A DNA stretch of 64,000 nucleotides, taken from assembly GCA_963771885.1 (NCBI GenBank), contig CAVYVF010000023.1:352001-416000 (forward strand). Direction: 5' to 3'. Numbering within the stretch: position 1 is the first letter of the stretch; each line of letters starts with the position of its first letter. Made by a program: the position numbers and the translations under genes. The notes below the pieces were generated by a model that saw only the letters and a program-made list of their open reading frames with translations, made no database searches and had not been told where the DNA came from. This DNA is from Candidatus Bathyarchaeota archaeon (GTDB lineage: Archaea > Thermoproteota > Bathyarchaeia > TCS64). Below, piece by piece: positions 57,652 to 64,000 of the stretch.

Positions 57652-58629
57652 GTGGAAGTAATATGCGCAGGAAGCTGGATGGTCGATATTGTTGCCCCCC
57701 ACCTACCCGCGATAACGCCTCCGGGCGGACTCATCTATGCCCCGCATGGAATATCAGTAAACATAGGCGGACACGCCGCCAATGTATCAATAGATCTCAC
57801 TCAGCTTGGACAGAGCGGGGTAGCATCGACGGGATGCGTCGGCTCCGACATGCTTGGCGACTATATACGCGAGACGCTGAGGAAGGCGGGCGTTGACCCT
57901 CGCCCGCAGATCCTGAATGATATACAGACCGCGAAGAATATTGCTCTCACCGTCGAGGGGGAGGACAGGCGATTCATCGCCGAACTTGCCGCGAACACTC
58001 TTCTCAGCCACGAACATGTTATGGGGCAGCTCAAGGACCGCCCACGGATTCTCTACCTAGGGACCGTCGGCGGGCTTAGGCACATCGACGCGAACCTCGC
58101 CAAGTTGCTCGACGCCGCACACAGCGTCGGTGCGTTGACGCTCGTTGATGTCATTCAGCCGACGAAACCCGACTGGAGCCACCTCATCCCCGCACTCCCA
58201 TACATCGATGTCCTCCACCTCAATACTCTCGAAGCGCGTCTCGCCACTGGCATCAGTAACTCCCTCAGCGCTGCTGAGACTCTGCACAAACAAGGAGTAA
58301 AAACAGTCATAATCACCGGGGGCTCTCAAGGGCTTACCGCAATCCACGGGGAGGAGAAGATTAGGATGCCCGCCTTTGCAGTCGAGGAAGTCGATTCGAC
58401 AGGCGCTGGCGACGCTCTATGTGCCGGCTTAATCCACAGCCTGTTAAACCTACGCGAACCTTCGGATGTGACGCACAGTGAATTCAAGGATGCACTCCTC
58501 GAGGGACAAGCCGCAGGTGCCGCCTGCGTCACAGCCCCAGGGGCGACTACGGCGGTGACAGCGAACAACGTGAAACGGCTGATACGCGAGCAAGGCGCAG
58601 GGATTCTCTCCTCTACCTCAAGTCTATAA
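57652..58629 (+). CDS. PfkB family carbohydrate kinase
   Basis: GGHAANV, VGSD.LG, N..EA and DSTGAGD. Confidence 0.9.
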   Translation: MEVICAGSWMVDIVAPHLPAITPPGGLIYAPHGISVNIGGHAANVSIDLTQLGQSGVASTGCVGSDMLGDYIRETLRKAGVDPRPQILNDIQTAKNIALTVEGEDRRFIAELAANTLLSHEHVMGQLKDRPRILYLGTVGGLRHIDANLAKLLDAAHSVGALTLVDVIQPTKPDWSHLIPALPYIDVLHLNTLEARLATGISNSLSAAETLHKQGVKTVIITGGSQGLTAIHGEEKIRMPAFAVEEVDSTGAGDALCAGLIHSLLNLREPSDVTHSEFKDALLEGQAAGAACVTAPGATTAVTANNVKRLIREQGAGILSSTSSL

Positions 58630-58653
58630 GAGTGGGCGGCGGAGAGCCATACC

Positions 58654-59334
58654 ATGGAGATGCGGCGAAGGATACCCACGGGCTCTCAGGGTCTCGACGC
58701 CCAACTCCTCGGCGGCATCCCTCTGGGAGAGCTCACACTCGTCTATGGTGAGCCGGGCTCTGGGAAGACCACCCTCGCCCTCTGTGCCGCCGCTCAACTC
58801 CTCCGCCTCGACCACGCCGCAAGAGTTGTCTACCTCGATTCCGACGCCAAGTTCGCACCATCGCGCCTAATTCAGATCGCAGGCTCGGAAGAGCACCTCA
58901 GGCGTCTATCTTACACTCGCCCAACAACCTTCGAGGAGCAGGCCGAGGCACTCGACCGCCTCCCCGAGCAGCTCCAACATGGTGACCTCGCCGTTGTCGA
59001 CTCAGTTACGGGGCTCTACCGCGTCGAGACAGGGGACACCCAGAAGACCTTCACTGAGAACAAGGAGCTCAATAGGCAGCTTGGGGCGTTAAAGGAGGTC
59101 GCCGTTTCGACGCGTGCCGCAGTCATCCTAACTGGGCAGGTGAGAAGCGTCCTCGACTCTCCCTTCCCTGCCGTCGAACCTGTCGCCCAGCGCCTACTTC
59201 GCTACTGGAGCGACAAAGTGATAAAGGTGGAGAACACAGCGACGCCGGGGGTAAAGCAGGCGACCGTTGAGAAGCCCCCCGAGATGCGCGGCGCCACTCG
59301 GTTCAGGATAACACAGGGCGGTTTGGAGGACTAG
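58654..59334 (+). CDS. radB: RadB-like RecA-family ATPase
   Basis: TGS..LD..L.GG, YGEPGSGKT, VVDSVT.LYR and LRYWS; no RadA N-terminal domain. Confidence 0.8.
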   Translation: MEMRRRIPTGSQGLDAQLLGGIPLGELTLVYGEPGSGKTTLALCAAAQLLRLDHAARVVYLDSDAKFAPSRLIQIAGSEEHLRRLSYTRPTTFEEQAEALDRLPEQLQHGDLAVVDSVTGLYRVETGDTQKTFTENKELNRQLGALKEVAVSTRAAVILTGQVRSVLDSPFPAVEPVAQRLLRYWSDKVIKVENTATPGVKQATVEKPPEMRGATRFRITQGGLED

Positions 59335-59336
59335 GC

Positions 59337-59819
59337 TTGGACGTGGTTGAATGGTTCCTGGGCACGGTGTGGCTCTTCCTCCCCGCGTACTTCGCCAACG
59401 CTGCCCCCGTCCTCCTCCATGGCGGAGGAGTCCTCGACGGCGGAAAGAATTGGAGCGACGGGAAAAGAATCCTCGGCGACCACAAGACGGTCTACGGGAC
59501 ACTTGTCGGTATAGCAGTCGGCAGCGTCTTCGGCATCATCCAGGGGAACGCTGTTCAGGGGGTTCTCTTCTCAATAGGCGCCATACTTGGCGACCTACTA
59601 TTCGCGTTCATAAAGAGGCGCCTCGGCATCCCTCCAGGTAAGCCCCTCCCCCTTTGGGACCAAGTTGGCTTCATAATCCTAGCTATAGCTCTCGGAAGCC
59701 TAGTCGAGCCACGTCCAACGTGGCAACAGGACGTCGCTATGATCCTCACCACGATCCCCGTCCACTACGTCTCAAACCTGTTTGCATGGGGCCTAAGCTG
59801 GAAAAAGGAGCCATGGTAA
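59337..59819 (+). CDS. carS: CDP-archaeol synthase
   Basis: PAYFANA.PV, DGKRILGDHKT, GDL..AFIKRRLG, WDQ and K.EPW. Confidence 0.9.
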   Translation: MDVVEWFLGTVWLFLPAYFANAAPVLLHGGGVLDGGKNWSDGKRILGDHKTVYGTLVGIAVGSVFGIIQGNAVQGVLFSIGAILGDLLFAFIKRRLGIPPGKPLPLWDQVGFIILAIALGSLVEPRPTWQQDVAMILTTIPVHYVSNLFAWGLSWKKEPW

Positions 59820-59838
59820 CTCTAACCGTTCTAGGCTG

Positions 59839-59854
59839 TAGAACAATTGTTCTA
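59839..59854. promoter_or_regulatory. Perfect 16-bp palindrome, putative operator
   Basis: TAGAACAATTGTTCTA, with extra half sites GTTCTA at 59828 and TAGAAC at 59896. Confidence 0.55.
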
Positions 59855-59968
59855 AACCCTGATTTTAATAAGTTCAAATCACCCGCTACAGGGTATAGAA
59901 CCTCGTTCGGCAAAGGTTTTAGACCGGTAGGAGTATTAATCGAATCAGAAGCTTGACGGAGGCTCAAA

Positions 59969-60535
59969 GTGTCTAAGAGGAAGATGCTCGCAGCGGAGGA
60001 GGACCTCGCGAACAGGGTCGCCCAGCTAGCAGAAAAGAAGGGCCTCACCGTCTACCAGACAGTCAACGACATCCTCGAGCAAGCGTTACGCGCCGAAGGT
60101 CAAGGCGTCAACCTCAAGGAGGCACTAGATCGCCGAGGCGACATGGAGCGCGCCCGAGACATGGGCCTCACATTCACAGTCGAGCACCTATACTACCAAG
60201 TCGTCGATGCCGCCTATAGGGAGGACAAGGAGAAGATCCATGACCTCTGGCGTGACATGGGCTTCTGGTACGGAAAATACTTCAAGGGCAAGAGTAGTGA
60301 CCCCGTGAAGGAACTCACGGACGCCCTCGGTTTCCTAACCCACGGAAGCCAGTTCACGGCCGAGAAGGGAAAGGGCGACGAGCTCATTGTCAGCTGCATT
60401 AACGAGCGCTACACACGGGGTTATACTGAAGTTTTTGCCACATTCATTGAGGCGGCTTTCAGCGTCCTCGGCTATAAGAAGCTCGAGAACGAGGCGAGCC
60501 GTGGTATAATTAGGATGAGGTTGGTGAAGGCGTGA
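59969..60535 (+). CDS. RHH-like N-terminus + V4R-like ligand-binding domain protein
   Basis: KRKMLAAEEDL.NRV..LA.KKG.TVY...NDIL.QAL, then MGFWYGKY. Confidence 0.6.
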   Translation: MSKRKMLAAEEDLANRVAQLAEKKGLTVYQTVNDILEQALRAEGQGVNLKEALDRRGDMERARDMGLTFTVEHLYYQVVDAAYREDKEKIHDLWRDMGFWYGKYFKGKSSDPVKELTDALGFLTHGSQFTAEKGKGDELIVSCINERYTRGYTEVFATFIEAAFSVLGYKKLENEASRGIIRMRLVKA

Positions 60536-61122
60536 CGAAGAGGCAGCCCGACGATACGAAGCTGCTTATGCTCCCAAGTGATCTCGTTGATCGCCTCAAA
60601 GAAGTCTCTAATAAGAGAGGCACAAGTCTTTCCGGCTACGCTATGGAGGTCTTCGAGGAGGCTCTCAAGGCTGATAAAATGGGGGCTTCTCTCGGTGATG
60701 CTGTGGATGCGTTTAGAATGAAGGAGATACACCGAGGTGCGGGCGCTGTCATCGTTCCCCGGCGCGGTCTCGGCCAGATTATTAAGAGCCTTGGCGATGA
60801 GCATACCGAAGACATTGTGAAGTTATGGGACGAGGCCGGGCGCTGGTATGGTAAGTATCTACTTGGCAAACTCAGTTCTGATGACATACTTGCTTTTTTC
60901 CGTCAGGACCTCCTAACGAGTTGGAACCTCGACGAGGTCGAGTTCACGGATGGGGATCACCCGGCGCTTCGCTTCACCGGCTTCATGATGTCCGAAGAGT
61001 TCACGGGAATGCTCTTGAGCTACGTTCACGGAGTTATGGATTCCCTTGGCTACAAGGAGATTGAGAGAGATAGCCTTCGAGGAATGGCGACGATCAGGTA
61101 TCTCCGACTTAAAAACGCTTAA
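60532..61122 (+). CDS. Paralogous RHH-like + V4R-like domain protein
   Basis: KLLMLPSDLVDRL..VS.KRG.SL..Y, then AGRWYGKY and LGYK. Confidence 0.6.
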   Translation: MTKRQPDDTKLLMLPSDLVDRLKEVSNKRGTSLSGYAMEVFEEALKADKMGASLGDAVDAFRMKEIHRGAGAVIVPRRGLGQIIKSLGDEHTEDIVKLWDEAGRWYGKYLLGKLSSDDILAFFRQDLLTSWNLDEVEFTDGDHPALRFTGFMMSEEFTGMLLSYVHGVMDSLGYKEIERDSLRGMATIRYLRLKNA

Positions 61123-61304
61123 TTTTAACAAGTTTATGTCAAATAAATTATTTGTAAATTAAATTTTTAACATTTTTAATTTTTAATACTTATCACACAT
61201 TTTTAACATTATTCACTAGTTTGATGAATCTACACATGTAAGAAAAATTGATGGTAAAAAGAGCCCGTTTTCTTGTTCTTTTTTTTTGAGACAATCCCTT
61301 TCTT

Positions 61305-61363
61305 TGTATACATTGTCCCAAGTCTGTATACAGCAGCGGGTGGCTGTAGACATACGCTTATTA
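61305..61363 (+). promoter_or_regulatory. Three phased TGTAKACA boxes plus TATA upstream of the S-layer-like gene
   Basis: TGTATACA at 61305, TGTATACA at 61325, TGTAGACA at 61345 and TTATTA at 61358. Confidence 0.65.
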
Positions 61364-61459
61364 GGATACTAAGGCTCGTCTTCTCAATCGTCCGTGTGGA
61401 GTAGGTTTGAGACTCCTCTTACCCTCCACGAGACGATGAACAAGGAGAAAAATGGAAAA

Positions 61460-63873
61460 ATGAATGGTAAAAAAACACTACCATTGATAGTAATTGCTTC
61501 TCTAATGCTGTCAATTCTACCTTCAATGATGTTCGCTAGCGCTGCCCTCAGTGCTCCAATTCTATCCTCTGGCTCTGGTTTAAAGGGACAGACAATAGAG
61601 GTCACTGGTGGTACAGTTCCTGCAGGCACAGTAGTGTATCTCTACTGGGATGACTCCACCATTCCATGGAATGGTGTAAAGGGGCTTCTAAACAGCACAA
61701 CGGCTGCTGCTGCCGGTACCTATGAGGTCTGGTTTGATGTCCCTGAGGCAACTGGTGGTAACCACTACCTCTGGATAAAGACTACAACTGGCGGAATAGC
61801 CGATGTTGTTTCAATTGTCTTCGTAGTCAACTCAAGTTTGGAGGTCAGTCCCAGCAGGGGTCAACCTCTCGACACAGTGACTGTATCTCTATCTGGCTTT
61901 GGAAATGCTGCTAAAGTCCAAGTTCTATTCAATGGAGTTCTAGTCGTAACTCCCACCACTAAACTCTATCGGTTCCGCGAGTACAACTTTCAAGGTACCT
62001 GATCTAGCCGATGGTACTTACTCCATCACTAACAACGGAACAGCTCCAGCTGTAGACTTTCATAATTGGCCCAACGATCACAGTGACCCCAACCTCCGGC
62101 CCAGTTGGAACAGTTGTTTCAATCACGGGAAGAGGATTTACTCCAATGGCCAATGGTGTCGTTCAGGGTAACCTATTTGTCGATGATGGCATTAGATCCT
62201 GCTTGCTGGATTACCACTACTGTTCCAATGACTGTTGATGCAACTGGCAGAATAAGATTCAATGCTGTAATTGCACAAACAAGCGATGATGGCGACTTCG
62301 TACTTGTCCTTGATTCTGCTGCTGGTTACGCTCAGGTCGACTTCGAGGTTACGGCCCTTGCAAAGACTACTGTAACTCCCGGCTTTGGTGCACAGGCATC
62401 TACACTCACGGTCTCAGGTGTAAACTTCCCCAAGATCGCAGGTGAGGATGTAACCTTACAACTTACTGATGGCCTTACAACGTTACACTTGGTACTGTTA
62501 CTACTTTGGCTGATGGTACCTGGAGTAAGAATGTCAAGGTACCTGCCGTTGCTGATGGAAAGTATGACGTAGTGGCAAATGCTGCTGGTTACAACATCGC
62601 GGATATTGCAGCCTTCAAGGTAGGCACGATGAACATTATCCTCGGTGAAGATGAAGGTCCTACGGGTCTTCTCGTCTGGTTAACCGCCAACGGCTTTGAA
62701 CCAAACGAAGCCTGGAACGCAACCATCGGCGATGAAGAGATCGGCAGCGGAACCGTATCCGCAACTGGTACAATCAGCGCTACATGGAGAGTTCCACAGT
62801 TAGCGGTCGGTACATACACAATAACTGTATGGGATATATTCAACGAGATCGCATTAACCACAACCTTCACGGTAACAAAGACCACGACAGTGACCCTTAG
62901 CGTAGCAAGCGCTCCAGTGGACTTCAAGGTTGGAATCGCTGGATATGGATTCTCAGACGATCTCACTAACACACTCACCTTCGTAATTTACAACAAGACC
63001 AGCACAGGTGCACTAGACTTCTGGTGGACCCCAACAACCATCACTGACGCTACTCTAGAAGATGGCGTGATCCACGAGGACGCCGCCTGGGTAGTCGATG
63101 ATGTACTCAGCAAGGGCAACTACTGGATGAACGTCACTGACATAGATGACTACGCCGTAACGGTACCCTTCACAGTTGGCGATGTACACGCAGTTGCACA
63201 GACTCGCAAAGCTTCATTCGCGCTCGGCGAAACTATCTCCTTCCTACTTGAGCACAGCTTCGGTAACCAGGATCCAATCTGGGGCAGTGTCCTCAAGATC
63301 TACAACCCCAGTGGGGTTCTAGTCTTTGACGGAGACATGCTCACAACCTGGACCAAGACTGGTCTCTGGTACACGGCTCCATACTCCAGCCAGACCGCTG
63401 GTGGTAACCCAATGATCATCCCACAGGATGCAGCAATTGGCACTTGGAGTTGGAAGTGGGTAGACGCCGACGATGAAACCGCCGCAACTGGCACTTTCGC
63501 AGTGACTGAGATCGCAGCTGGATCAGTTGACGAGAAGATCGCTGCTCTCACAACCCAGATCGCAGCAGTCACTACAAACGTGAACAACCTACAGACCACA
63601 GTCGCCAGCGTAGCGACGACCGCGACGGCAGCCTCGAACGCCGCCACGGCAGCCTCGACGGCAGCAAGCGCAGCCGCCACGGCAGCCACGGCAGCCTCCG
63701 CGGCAGCCACCGCAGCAGGCGCAAAGGCTGACGCAGCCAAGACTGCAGCAGAGAGCGCAGCGGCCGCAGCAAACGGCCTCACGACGCTAGTCTATGCAGC
63801 CATCGGTGCAAGCCTCATAGCCGCGCTCGCCGCAATCGTCGCGCTGATGCAGATCAGCCGCAAGATCGCGTAA
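61460..63873 (+). CDS. S-layer/cell-surface glycoprotein-like with Ig-like beta repeats, Ala/Thr stalk and C-terminal TM anchor (about four frameshifts)
   Basis: Signal peptide, Thr/Val/Gly-rich repeats, N-x-S/T sequons, Ala/Thr coiled coil and LVYAAIGASLIAALAAIVALMQISRKIA. Three track ORFs join via shifts near 61961, 62058, 62194 and 62475-62490. Confidence 0.8.
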
Positions 63874-64000
63874 GACAAAACCAATCCTTTTTTATTTTTT
63901 TTCATTTCTGGCACCCAGCGGAAGCTGGGGTTGCCTACCACATTTTTTAAACCCGTAGACATAGGTGGACTGCATGCTCGCCCCCGCCGCGATCAGCGCC

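Noticed and set aside
59841..59852. Gram-positive LexA box GAAC-N4-GTTC
   Set aside because: It matches the pattern, but the context is archaeal, no lexA is present, and I did not see it before ku, ada, alkA or radB
63600..63780. GCAGCC/ACGGCA repeats as a CRISPR array or VNTR
   Set aside because: Degenerate in-frame Ala/Thr codons without unique spacers; no cas genes

Overview
Archaeal chromosomal DNA, most consistent with a GC-rich TACK lineage such as Bathyarchaeia. This is inferred from eL13, archaeal uL13/uS9, CarS, RadB, pantoate kinase and an S-layer-like gene with a C-terminal stalk and membrane anchor. The window is gene-dense, with amino-acid metabolism (gcvPA/PB, ilvBNC, thrC, an M20 deacylase, a PLP aminotransferase), one tRNA-Gly(GCC), metal and arsenic resistance, and DNA repair. 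I found no CRISPR array, transposase or integrase. Highlights: (1) a complete non-homologous end-joining kit (Ku, a ligase fused to a C-terminal 3'-phosphoesterase, a stand-alone primase-polymerase) plus a DUF72 gene; (2) a tightly coupled acr3-lipoyl carrier-DGC-DGC-OsmC operon opposite arsC, possibly an undescribed lipoate-linked arsenic/redox system; (3) a ~175-nt highly structured unannotated RNA in front of a small C2H2 zinc-finger gene; (4) phased operator arrays around a ribbon-helix-helix pair and the S-layer promoter. Several single-base frameshifts (ilvB, a MurL-like gene, DUF2000, the S-layer gene) look like sequencing errors. All family calls come from motif recognition by eye; no searches were run.
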